Shown: piece by piece, positions 38,753 to 50,963 of the stretch
Layout: every line of letters starts with the position of its first letter
Numbering within the stretch: position 1 is the first letter of the stretch
Origin: Yuukianura sp. NJ FZ-2021
Taxonomy: Eukaryota
DNA length: 64,000 bases
Reading direction: 5' to 3'
Assembly (NCBI GenBank): GCA_046563655.1
Contig: CM102285.1
Coordinates: 6,262,001-6,326,000 of the forward strand
Translations under genes and position numbers: made by a program
The notes under the pieces: model-generated
Told to the model about the DNA's origin: nothing
Database searches by the model: none
Seen by the model: only the letters and a program-made list of their open reading frames with translations

Positions 38753-41700
38753 TAGAGTTTCATGACTCCGACTCTTTGGCAAAGAGCCGAGTCAGAGCCG
38801 GAGCCGGAACGGCTCCTGGCTCTCATTTTTGTACAGAGTCAGAGCCCGTGCCGACTGACCGACTCGACTCTTCATCAAAGAGTCGAGTCAGAGTCGGAGC
38901 CGAGTCGAGAGTCACGACTCCGGGAGTCATCATTTTGCAATTTAGCATCGTCCCAACTTCTCGGAATATGCGTCAGTTTATTAAACCAATGCGCTAACTA
39001 AATGAGATATATTTTATGTTAACAAAACATGTAACTATCATAAAATATCGTATTCGGGTACATAGTCTAGTCTCCCAAAATCTGCTGAGTCATTGCAATT
39101 GTTTTGAAATCTTTGAATTCATTTTCGTTCCGAGTGCGGATCCACGCTTTGAGGCACATACACATTCGGACTGTTTCTTCTTTCATTTGCCTGCGTTTTG
39201 GCGTCAACAGGTCGGGGCCGCCGGAGAAAAACCGCTCAATTGGGACACCAGTAGCGCTTACAGGCAGAAAGTCCCTTGCCATTCTAGCAACGCTGGGGAA
39301 TATTTTTTCTTGCGCCTGAAAATGTTCAGTTCTTATTTTAATTAAGAGTGGTAGTTATTAGGGGTGAAAATGCAGTTAGTGTTTACCTTCCACCATAGTA
39401 GCGAGTTCCCTTTCAGAAGTTCCGAATCGTTTTCTACCGGTGTATCTAAATACTTCTGCAGTTCATCCCGTTTATCTTTTTTTTGGCAACCAATTTGCGC
39501 GGCAAGAAATTCTCCAGGGGTGGTTTTTTTCTTCGTATCTGATGGGGGCTGTTCGTCGGTGTTATCCGTGGGCTTGTATCTTTCCTCCCAACAATTGCGA
39601 ATCTCTCTAAATAATGCATTAGAGACGTATGCAAGGCAACATAAGTATTACTAAGGCATAATTATAATAAACAATGAGCATTAACCTGCGATATCGATTA
39701 GTTAACTGCGGTGGAAAATGCTGCCGGTTAGCGGAGTACAAACTCATTTTCGTCCGTGGATCTAAAACTGTAGTATATACACTTAATATAATACTTAAAA
39801 AACGATAGCAATTACATGACCTACTTGTTCCCATTACATATACAAGTCCGTCTGTTTTTGGATAATACTTGTTTAGCTTTGCGCATGACAAATGTGCTGC
39901 AGAGACAATATCCTCTTGATACCCATTTTGTTCCTGGAAAGTTACGATTATTTTAACATTTTGAAGGTTTTCAAGTTCAAAAAAAGATTACCGTAATGTT
40001 TTCAAGATGTGAATACAAGTGAAGAAACACTGCCGATGCAACAGCCATGTTCGGTCCTGCGTTGCTGGATAAGAGAACAGTATCTTTCTGGAATGGCTAA
40101 ATGCAATAAAAAGTCAAATTCTGGCATCAAGATCACATAAAGTTTGTGTGAAGTGGGATGCACACCCACATATTATTACCTTCAAGAATTCCACAATCTG
40201 ACCTACGGTCGCCCATTCTGAATTCTCGAGAATTAGATGATTCAATTTCTCATTGCGCATAGTGTTGTCCAGAGCCTAAAGTATGTATTCGTAACAATTG
40301 AAGCTTTTAGTTCAACGATTAGTAAAACTTACCACTTGCATCTTTACAGCTCTGCGTAGCATGTAAAACGTTGAGTTCCAGCGTGTCTTAACATCAGCAA
40401 GAAGGGATTTGCATGCGACTTTACTCATTTCACACTGTTTTTCAAACGATTCTTTTAGAATACTCGAACTACGTATTTTCATAATGGAGGAACGCAACTA
40501 CAACATAAAAATTAACATTGTTATGTGTTCTCATTATACAATATCAAAATAATCTTGAATTTACCTTCCCGTATGTAGACGCGTGACTTTCGGATGCAAT
40601 CGTCGTACCTTCTTCGTTATCGGATTCAATAAATTCGTTAACATCGTCTGTTGACATAATGGCCTTGAGGCATGTAAGAGCATCTTGACATGCCAAGTTG
40701 ATTATATGGGCCAAACATCTCACCCTAGAGTTTCCCTCGTGGAACGATATTCCCTGTTTGAAAACAAGATCAATACCAAGGTATATATCGTACGGGTAAT
40801 TTTACCTTGTTAGTCAATGTTGAGCTAAGCATTTCAAACATTGTGTCACAGTTCGTAGCGTTATCGGTAGTGATTCCCTGTATCTTCGCAGTTAAACCAA
40901 AATCATCCAACACACGAACGAGGGATTTGCATAAGGCTTCGCCTGTGTGATGTCCATGAACAATATCCAAATCCAAGATTTCTTCTCTAAGTTCCCAGTC
41001 CTGATCAATCCAACGTACAATAATTCCTTGGTATGGAACTTGGGTAGCTGAAGTCCAGCAGTCAAGAATCAGTGCAACTTTGCTGTCAATTTCCTGAAGT
41101 TAAAAGTTAAAAGTTAAAAGTTGAAGATAAAAGTTAGAGAAGTCAGAACAGAATCCATAAATTATGTTATGACATTGAACGTACCGCTGTTAGAGCTTGT
41201 ATTCTGGTACGCTCGGCGTCAAACATTGCGTCAATTCTAGATTTTACTCCATTTCTGCCAGGAATTTTTGCCTTGAAACTCGGGAAGTTGAAAAGATTGT
41301 GAAAAGATGGAGAGTCTACAACGCTGAACGGTTGATCCGTGAGAATTATGAACTCCATCAATCGCTTCTCGAATTCGTGTTGGGTAAATTCCTTATAAAG
41401 TATTAAACTTGTGTTATTTTCGATATTCGATAACTCTCGATTTGAAGGAACTTTTCTTGCTACCTGTTTGACAGCCTCAAAGTACTGCACAATACTTTTT
41501 CCTTTATTGGCATCTTTGGAAGCATTTGGTTGCAGCTGTTCGTATACTCTGGGATGTACCGACTTTAAATGACGTCCCAAGTTAGAAGTAGAGCCATTTT
41601 TCTTTTTCAAAATAGTCGTGCTATGAAAGTCAGTAGTCCATACGATTATACTCTTAATATTCAGATTCCCTAAAGTTTACAGTTCTGAGTTCAATTACCT

Positions 41701-42209
41701 GCAATAGTTACATTTAAACTTCTTTTGGTCTTCTCGATACACAAAATGACAAACGAACTTTGACTTAGTAGATGACGTTCCAGACAAAGTAGAGCTGTTG
41801 CTCTGAGTGGTCACTGATACTCCTGAAGAACTTGCCTCATCGTCACTAAGTTCCACTAGTGGAACCGGATTGTCTTCAGAATCCATTGTTTGTAGTGACT
41901 GTCACTCAGAAAAGTTAAGGTGCAAGAAGGCGAAGTGGATTTCTTTAGCTTTAATGATGTAATTTGAAGAATTGCATAATTTTATTTTAAATCCTGCGCT
42001 TAATTGTACATGTGTGACTCCCGGCTCTCTGAAACATTACGGAGTCAGAGTCAGAGCCGGAGCCGGAGTGACTCTCGGCCCCCATTCTTTCATAGAGTCA
42101 GAGCCCGTGCCGACTGGCCGGCTCGACTCTGTACCAAAGAGCCGAGTCGGAGTCGAGCCGAGAGTCGCGGCTCCGGAGTCGTCAGGGAGTCGAGAGCCGT
42201 GAAACTCTA
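38753..42209 (-). mobile_element. hAT-superfamily DNA transposon, apparently complete
   Basis: TIR TAGAGTTTCA / TGAAACTCTA; 8-bp TSD GTCTGTGC at 38745..38752 and 42210..42217; subterminal GAGTC/GAGCC arrays; internal transposase. Confidence 0.95.
39067..41886 (-). CDS. hAT transposase with BED finger and about 11 short introns
   Basis: FKCNYC..GSTSNLGRHLKSVH (BED), LILDCWTS, TTDNATN, RCLAHIINL, TRWNSTFYML, VLDPR, and the dimerisation domain SATGVPIERFFS. Confidence 0.9.
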
Positions 42210-44019
42210 GTCTGTGCCAACGATTGCGGCAGCAAGAATCGTTTGACGAATCATATGCGACGGTTCCATCCAGAAAAAGAGCAGTTTAAATGTCACTTAT
42301 GCGAATGCGAGTTTTCCAATACTGATGAACTTGCAGTGCATTTGAGAAAACATGGCAGTAAAAAATCTTACACATGCCAAATCTGCTGCATAAAGGTACA
42401 AACTTTGAACTTGTTGAAACGTCACAGCGAAATTCATCAACCGGAACCCGAAATGGCACAACGCCAAAACGACTTGCCAAATTCTGAAGGCCAAGGTCAA
42501 ATAAACGAGCTCAACTTCAAATTTACTTGTCCATTTTGTGACACAGGATTCAACTGCATGGAAGAATTTGGAAAGCATGTAAAAATCCATACCAAAGAAG
42601 ACTCAGATTCATCCACTGCCAAGTCACGACCTGTGACCTCTGAACTCCGCGTAGTTCTTACCAGACTTGTTCTGGCTAAAACAAACCCAGACATTTTCGC
42701 TGTTTCTTAGGCGAAGCGGTTTTGAATTACTAACTACATATTATTATTTAGTTTATTACTAATTTAAGACAACAATAAAATTGTAATAAGTAATTCATAT
42801 CCATACTAACCCTAATTTTTAAAATTGTTTACATAAAAAAATTCTTCCGTTTGCCAATCGCTAAGCAATTTCAGAATTTCTTCAGCTTTTTCTTGTTGCT
42901 TTTTCATTGTAAGACCTAAAAGTGCGTTTGATTTGGCAAAAAGCCCTGATGCCAAAGGCGTGTAACTCATATGGACCAAATACAAATAACATAGAACAAA
43001 ATTTTCAGTTTTCAAAGTTACCTTTAAATCCAAAAGTGGAAAAATGGAAAAAAAATCAAAATTTCTGAGAGGGCCCTTTATCAAGTCCCACTTTTGAACA
43101 CCCTCTTTCTAATCTAAAGTTAAACACTGGAGCATATTACTGGTTGTCTGGGTTAGATAAGCTAATGTTAGGCTATTTAGGCTATGTTTAGCTTACTTTG
43201 GGAGTTCATTTCCGGACTTCACACTAACCATTAATACATGCCTAATGGCAATGACACTTTAGACGGACTTTAGTCCTTGAAGTAGCTTATATGTGGTTCA
43301 AATCCTTTGTTGAAGTAGAGGAAACAAATTTTGAAACATAAATAGTTTATGTTACAAGGTGAGTCACATTGCCAAAGACCAAAATCGAGAAGAGAATAGA
43401 GAATAAACTGACACCGAACGATAGTATTTTTTTTTCTTTTATTTGTTTAGTCGCTTCTTAAATTTCGAAGTCAGTTAAAAAGCAACTTTCACGTAACGCT
43501 TGGGCGAGATTCCGAATTTGGCATATGTGTACATAAAACGGCAAAAAGTGTTGAACTTTGAATTTTGCAAGGTTAAGTTTTAAATCTCAAATTGAAATTC
43601 AATTCAACTGATTCAGGTGGAGTTTGTAAGACACTGCTGCTGGAATCTTAACTCTCAAGAACATTGTGCAAAAGGTTAGAAAAATACAGGACGCGTTATT
43701 TGTCTTCTGCTCAACTACAACAAAAAATTGTTCTAAGGTACTAATTGAATTTCTGTATTATTATTATAGTTTGTCCTTCCTCGACGGCGGATTTTTTCGA
43801 GACTTTTTTCGGTTCCATTGCGGCCTTTATTGAAAAACTTAAAAACTACTTTCTCCAGTATGTTTGTTTAAAAATTTCGAAAAAAAAATTGATAATTTCT
43901 ATGTTAACTAAAACTACAAAAGACAAATGCATTTCAATTAAACTAAATAACTGACCTTTCTACGTCTAACTACAGGTATGTTAATGTTCTATAGGTGGAG
44001 ATTTGGAGCGAAACTCAAT

Positions 44020-45756
44020 ATGGACCAAAAGTTCAGATGTGACGCCTGTAGAATAGGATTTTTCTTCGAACGGAGTTACGTCGAGCACTCAATCCAAGTC
44101 CACTGTGACTTGAAACCTTTCCAGTGTCCGAAATGTGCCAGAAAATGCTTAACCAGCCAAAGCCTAAAGTTACATTCTTTAACTCACGCAGAGGTCATAC
44201 CAGAAAAATGTACCTTATTTCCACCAATGTTAGTTAAAAATCAAGTTGAGATGAGCCATGCTCAGCGGAATCTGGAAAATGCTGAGCAATCTGGTAACAT
44301 AGACACGTCCGAAGGTAAATTCCATCAAAACTTTCCTACGCATGCCCCACCTAATGACGCCAAATGTGAAGTTTGTGGCTTTAGTTCCGAAACTCCTGGA
44401 GAACTGGCCGTCCACATGCGTAGTCATACCTTCAAATGTCCAAAATGTCATCTTCAATTTTCCACCAAATTCAAAATGGATGTTCATCGAAAAAAGCATG
44501 AACGGAAAAATCTGGCTTGTCACTTGTGTAACTTTACAACACATCGAAAAGATACACTAAGATTCCATATTCGGTGTCACGACAATGATCGTCCCTTTAA
44601 GTGCACGCTGTGCTTCAATTCTTACTACAGAAGACACCATTTGGCAGAGCACATGAGCACACATAGCGTTTGGTTGAACGACAAACACAAAGCCAATTCC
44701 AAAACCAGCCCACAAGTTGTCAGACATGCTTATAGCAAGAGGAAAAAAATACATAGATGTCTCTTGTGCCCATTCGCAACAATTTGGAAGCTTTCAATGT
44801 CACGTCACGTTCGAGGTCACAACAATGAACGTCCTTTTCTATGTACAACATGCTCCAAGTCGTACATTGAAAAATCTGGTTTGAGGAGACACATACTCAC
44901 ACATGCTGCTGAAAATTCCATCATCCACGCAGTCGGCCAAGTAGAGGTCAAAGGTCACGGTTGCAGCGATAGAGACAGAAAGAAGTTTCTTAAATGTCGG
45001 TTATGTCCCTTCGCAACGCGCTGGAAACATTCAATGTCAGGTCACATCCGCAGGCACTACAATGATCGTCCATTTAAGTGCACATTGTGCTGCTGCAAGG
45101 CGTATAGTATGAAACAAGATTTGAATAGACACATGCGTGTACATGATGCTGGGAAGCCCATCATCGAAATAGTCTCTCAGGAAATTAACAATAGTCACAT
45201 CGATCCCGGTGTGTCCAGTCACCAGGAATTGCCAAAACGTTACAAGTGTCTAATCTGTGACCAGGAATTTGACAAGGGTCAGCGTCTAGCAAATCATGTC
45301 CGACGTTGCCGCGAAGCTGCGTATCGTAAACAGGAACAGTTTGCATGTAAAATTTGCGAATCCGAATTTTTGAATGCCGACGAATTGGCCGTCCATATGC
45401 GAAGCCACACCGTAGAAAAATATTACTCATTGGATGAAGAGGACACAACTTTGGATATTTTGGATTATCAAAATGAAACCGGCAGTAGAAATGCTAAACC
45501 GAATCAGTATGAACAGATGAAAAAAAGCTTGGAAGGTCAACTTCAGCCGGATGAGGTCAACTGCAAATTCACTTGTCCATTCTGTGACCTCGAGTTCAAC
45601 TGCATGGAAGACTTTGGTACGCACGTAAAGATCCACACAAACGAGGATTCAGACTCAGAGTGTCCAACATCACCTCATGTGACTGCTGAACTCCGAGTGG
45701 TTCTGACGAAACTCGTCCTTGTCAAGACAAACTCAAATCTCTTTGCTATTTATTAG
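44020..45756 (+). CDS. C2H2 zinc-finger protein ZF2, intact
   Basis: Single long ORF with many C2H2 fingers and ERPF/DRPFKC linkers; N- and C-termini paralogous to ZF1. Confidence 0.9.
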   Translation: MDQKFRCDACRIGFFFERSYVEHSIQVHCDLKPFQCPKCARKCLTSQSLKLHSLTHAEVIPEKCTLFPPMLVKNQVEMSHAQRNLENAEQSGNIDTSEGKFHQNFPTHAPPNDAKCEVCGFSSETPGELAVHMRSHTFKCPKCHLQFSTKFKMDVHRKKHERKNLACHLCNFTTHRKDTLRFHIRCHDNDRPFKCTLCFNSYYRRHHLAEHMSTHSVWLNDKHKANSKTSPQVVRHAYSKRKKIHRCLLCPFATIWKLSMSRHVRGHNNERPFLCTTCSKSYIEKSGLRRHILTHAAENSIIHAVGQVEVKGHGCSDRDRKKFLKCRLCPFATRWKHSMSGHIRRHYNDRPFKCTLCCCKAYSMKQDLNRHMRVHDAGKPIIEIVSQEINNSHIDPGVSSHQELPKRYKCLICDQEFDKGQRLANHVRRCREAAYRKQEQFACKICESEFLNADELAVHMRSHTVEKYYSLDEEDTTLDILDYQNETGSRNAKPNQYEQMKKSLEGQLQPDEVNCKFTCPFCDLEFNCMEDFGTHVKIHTNEDSDSECPTSPHVTAELRVVLTKLVLVKTNSNLFAIY

Positions 45757-46676
45757 TAAAATTTGTTGCAATGAACTACAATTAAATTTATGTTTTAATA
45801 TCTATTGATAATTGTGAAAGTTCTTTTTACATTTCTTGTGCGCATAATGCAAAGCCAAATAGTTTTTAAAAAATCAAGTTTTCAAGAATAGCTACATTTT
45901 AATTTTGATTTGTTGATGTAACGCTTAGTTTATTAAACCCAAATGACACAAAATGAGTTTATTCAAATTTGTTTTCCGGCAGTAGGCTTGAGTTCTCATT
46001 GAGTTAGTCTTCGATTAGTCTTATTAGATTTTTTGGAATTTGATAATTCAAAAATGAAACAAAAAAATTTTACTAAATTTTTGTATCTGATTATATATTT
46101 ATGCTGAATTTTTATATCTAAAATTTTATATCTGATTACAATTTAAAAATTCAGTGTTGAGGACTAATTGATTCTGTCTGTCAAATTCCATTTTGCCTAA
46201 AAGAACGCTGTAATGGAGCCTAACTGCTCTAGTAGTAAATTACTTTCTTTTGATGTATTTTTGGCTGCATGTGCTACTAATAAAAGTCCTGATTTTAAAA
46301 ACATTTTAGTAAAATACCGAACACAGCTTTCATCCCTGCGGCTCTTGAACCACGACGCGACTTTATTGGTTTTTTTTTACACGTTTCTAGAAAACCTGAT
46401 TTCTAGAAATCAGGTTTTCTAGACATTCTAGGTTTTCTAGAAATGTACCAACAGTTGCTGCAAATCAAAAGAGAAAATTCAGTTCAAACTCCGATATTAA
46501 AGCGAATTAGAACGGCGGAGCAAGAATTTGGTAATTCATAACTTGAAAGTCTTCAGGCTAAGAATTCATACCGGTATTTTAAATAAATTATTCTTCAAGG
46601 AACATCTCAAATTAGTAGTAAAACAAATACCAAACTCACTGCTGTAAAATTACTTTGTTTACAGGACGATTCGGGA

Positions 46677-47806
46677 ATGTATTCAAAGCAACCAAATTCA
46701 AGACGGTTCATCTTCGCATGTGACAAATGTGCAGAGACGTTTAACAGTGCGGTAAAGTATGAACAACATTCGATCCGAATACATTCAGACCTAAAACCAT
46801 TCCAGGGTTCACTCTGCCCATGCAAGTGTGCATTGCAAACTGGCAACAGCACAAGTTAACCCACCTAGATGTAAAACCAAACAACTGTTCACTATGTTCC
46901 AAAACATTTGTCGAAAAAAAGCAACTTTTGAATCACTTACGGAACACACTGGTCTGGATTTGGAAACTTGCGAACAATGTGGGAAGAAATTCAATTGTGT
47001 GGGCAGTCTCCGCCAGCATATAATCACGCAACATACAAAATCGGGTAAATATAATTGCAAAATTTGTAACCTTCTACTAGTATCTCCAGCTGGACTGACC
47101 CTGCACATGCGCTCTCATACTGGCGAGAAACCCTTCAAATTCACATTGTGTCATCTCCGTTTTAGCGGGAAGGGAGGAATGACGGCACATCAAAAAGTTC
47201 ATGGACCACAACTACTTGAATGCCCATTCTGCAAATTGGCCACACATTCTTTGTCACGCTTCTTCCATAAAAAGCCGTACTGATTATGTCATTGGAAAGA
47301 TCGACACTGCTTCATAAGTGGCGTAACAGTACGCAAAGGATGCCAGAAGTGTCCAATCTGTGAAACGCCAATCAGCAGCAGTGACCAACTTTTGAATCAC
47401 ATCTTGAATCACGGAATAAGGAAGCTGTTCAGTTGTTATTTCTGTTCAATGGAATTCAAAAGGAGCGAATCTCTAGACGTTCATATGAGGACTCATACTG
47501 GCGAAAAACCGGCAGTATGCCACTTCTGCGCAAAGGAATACGGCACCTCGCTCCCATTCACTGTACAAACATCTCCGTAAAGTGCACAATTTCGATACAA
47601 TCACTCAAAACCGGTTTAATGAAGAGCTGAGAGGTCAAACTGAAACAAAGGTCAAATTGACTTGTCCATTTTGTAATTTGAGTTGTAAATATGAAAAAGA
47701 TTTTCGCAGCCATTTGAGAATCCACACAAAGAAACAGAATGTTGTCATTATAGTAAATTCTTGTAGGTCTAAACTCCGCGTAGTTCTTAACAAGATTACA
47801 ATTTAA
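46677..47806 (+). pseudogene. C2H2 zinc-finger pseudogene ZF3
   Basis: Fingers and HTGEKP linkers spread over several frames with stops; same IHSDLKPFQ start and LTCPFC...LRVVL end as ZF1 and ZF2. Confidence 0.8.
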
Positions 47807-48759
47807 AGTTTTACTCTATTTTAAAAATTAAAAAAAAAATCTCATGTCAAAAATGGCAAGATGTTATTTTTCTAAATTCTGATTGTAATTTCTGTTTATG
47901 AGTTTCATGATTCATGACTGCATTAATTGTTCTCATTGTTTTTTTTATTAATACTAACGCTCATTTTTTTGAAAAAACCGTAAAATTTTCTAACGTGGAA
48001 GACATAAATATTTCGATTTAATTAACCTTGGGTAAGCTCAAACTCACGAGCCAGTGAAAAACCCTCACTGAACTTCCAAAACCAGCAATTAAAATACATT
48101 CGTGTGATTCAATGAAACTGTTTTTCCATCCGTTCCTTTATTATTAGAGCCAACGTCACTTCAACCCTCGTCTTCATCACAGTTTTGCAATTTACGTTCG
48201 TATTTCGCCTCCATGCTGCTCATTGCGGCGCTTTTCCTTACATGATTTCATTTTGGCAACTTTGAATTTAAGGCGATGAAGATTTCTTTTTGCGAAGAGA
48301 AGGTGATCAGTGGAATGGGAGAAGCAGAAGAAATCAGCGTTGTGGCAATTGCGCATGAAATGTACCTATTCAATAAGCGAATTCCGGACACAGTCGAGCA
48401 GAATGAAATTTTATATATGCCAACAACTCTTTTCTAGTACGAAGACTGAAGAAACCTTCGTTATGTTTTCAAATAAGACATTCAACTACTCATTAAAACG
48501 TACTAACGAAACCTTTTTTTTTTAATTAAACGCCTTTTCTTACTTAAAATATAGCACCTGATTTAAGCACATTTGCTTTGCATGCAAGATCCTGTGTGAC
48601 CAGTTTATAACTCTCACACCAATGTTCTAGCTGGAACCGACAATCACGAACGGAATTAGACCTGCCTTGCGTTCTGTTTCATGTTCCATTGTTCTCTTCC
48701 ACACGTCAGACACAAGGGTATAGCTCAAGGTCATTTCTTAATTTTTGTGTATTTTCAAC

Positions 48760-48868
48760 GGTTCCAGGTCATAGCCGACAATCCAAAAGCCGGCTTTAGA
48801 AATTGTCGGCTTTAGGATTGCCAACTAAAGCATTGTCGGCTATTGGATTGTCGGCGATGACCTGCTAC
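48760..48868. mobile_element. Short MULE-like MITE
   Basis: CAGGTCATAGCCGACAATCCAA / TTGGATTGTCGGCGATGACCTG inverted ends; flanks ATTTTCAAC / GTTTTCAAC (8/9 match). Confidence 0.65.
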
Positions 48869-48938
48869 GTTTTCAACAGCTGCAATTTTAATTTAAGTGC
48901 AAATTGAATGCAAACTATTAAGTTACTTTTCCCTGTGT

Positions 48939-49393
48939 GTCCATGCCATTACATCGAAAAAAAGACATCGAAAGAAAAGACATCGGAGACAAAGACATCG
49001 AAAAGAAACACATCGAAAATACAAACACATCGAAAATATAAACACATCGAAACAAAAGACATCGAAAATACAAACACATCGAAACAAAAGACATCGAAAA
49101 ATAACCTCAGTTTACCAAACCTACGCACGCAATCACTATTGCGTGCTTTATAAACATAACGCCGCGCCTTCGGCGCGGAAATTCCACCGAAATTTGTGTG
49201 TGCAGTTTCAGTCTAGAAATGAAAACTTTAGGTTTGGCGTTAGGTTTGGTAAAGCACGCAATAGTGATTGCGGTTAGGTTAGGATAGTGAATGCGTGTGT
49301 AGGTTTGGCTGACTGAGGTTAGTTTTCGATGTCTTTTGTTTCGATGTGTTTGCATTTTCGATGTCTTTTTTTTCGATGTAATGGCGTGCTTCG
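48939..49393. mobile_element. MULE/foldback-like MITE with internal ACATCGAAA tandem subrepeats
   Basis: Inverted arms GCCATTACATCGAAAAAAAGACATCG / CGATGTCTTTTTTTCGATGTAATGGC; direct repeat TTCCCTGTGT on both flanks. Confidence 0.8.
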
Positions 49394-50908
49394 TTCCCTG
49401 TGTATAGTGAAAACCAGTTATGCCGGGTTGAAGTCACCAAAAACGCATACCTTTGTAGCCATATGTGTAGGACATATATCGTATACACAGAATAGAGTAA
49501 AATACACAAACTTAATTTTGTAATTAGTAAAATACGTAAACTTAATTAAACATATTTCACTACATTCTATTTAGTAGGTAAATTAATTAATATATCGCCA
49601 ACCAATCACATTCTAAAAAAATATAATATGAATTTGGGCTATAAAAAATCAATATATTAATGTATTATGGGGCGTAAGGGTTTGGTACAGATTGCACTTG
49701 ATAAAGTATATTAAACGCGATACACTTGAAATTTGAAATTTGTGGATACGGTATGTAGAGTCTGGTTGACGTGAACCACTTATGTAACAAATACCAGGTT
49801 GTCGTCTTGCAAATGGCGAATCCAAATCGGAATCGAGCAAAAAAATTGACTTTAAATTTTTTTTTACACTTGCTTTTATGGGAAATGGTCAAAACGCAGG
49901 TTTTTAAATTTGCTGGTTAATTGGCGTTTCCACACGCCATTTTCATTACGCGTCCACTGTGACAGGTCCCTGTCAGAAAACACAAAAAACATCAAAAGAA
50001 CAAACCAGGTTTTTCTCGAGTTTTTTCGTAAATATAACAAAAACATTTCCCAGAATCACTTTTACTTTGAGAATAAAAGCGAAAGAAATTGGGATGGCGA
50101 GCGATTGACGCGAAGTCTGTTGAGATTTTGAGTATTTTAAACAAGTGCTAAAATCCAACTTAAGTAAGCAAACTCAAAAAAAAAAATTGAAACACACATT
50201 AAGTGAAATGGCGGACAATAAAGGATTTAATCCCGGTGTCGACAGAGAAGCAAAGAGTGCAGAACATTCCATGGCAATGGAAACATTTTCCGCATCAGGA
50301 TTTGAATCCCCGACTAGAAAAAATTCGAATGTTACCGCAAATTGAGATGTTCCAGAAACTGAAAAACAGAAGCAAAGTCATTGTTGTACGAAGTAACGGA
50401 TGTTCCACCTTGGTATTTGTGTATATTCCTTGGATTTCAGGTAACTTTTTAATCAAAAAAAATTTTTGTACGTTTCTTTTCAAAAAATCTAAAAAAAAAA
50501 ACAAACAAACAAAAAAACTGCTTTTTTTATATACTTCCGCAGCATTATTTGGAAATGTTGTCGGCTACTATAGCAATCCCGTTTATTTTGACGCCTGCTA
50601 TGTGTATAAGCGGAGACGACCCTGATAGAGCCAACATCACTTCGACCTTGGTCTTCATGTCTGGAATCATCACTATTTTGCAGTCTACTGTTGGATCTCG
50701 TCTACCCATAGGTCAGGGCAGGAGTTTTTCATACTTGATTCCCGCTTTCGCAATTTTGAATTTACCTCAATGGAGATGTCCGTTTGCGGAAGCTATGAGT
50801 GGAATGAATCAGACAGAAAGACAAGAATTATGGCAAGTGCGCATGCGTGAAGTCCAGGGAGCAATTATTAAGTAGGGAAAGTATGAGCTACTTTATGTTT
50901 TTCCCCCA

Positions 50909-50943
<35 letters not shown>

Positions 50944-50963
50944 CGTCCGTCTGCTGGTCAAGC

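Larger units (their letters stand above)
38025..42710 (+). pseudogene. C2H2 zinc-finger gene ZF1 interrupted by a hAT element
   Basis: Tandem CxxC..H..H fingers; removing 38753..42217 restores the finger QCPVCANDCGSKNRLTNHMRRFH in frame. Confidence 0.9.

Noticed and set aside
38713..39001. ESEPE/SRVR-rich ORFs, also at 41972..42210
   Set aside because: Translations of hAT subterminal GAGTC/GAGCC repeats.
48897..49355. K/R/H-rich ORFs (KRHRK repeats)
   Set aside because: Translations of the MITE's ACATCGAAA subrepeats.
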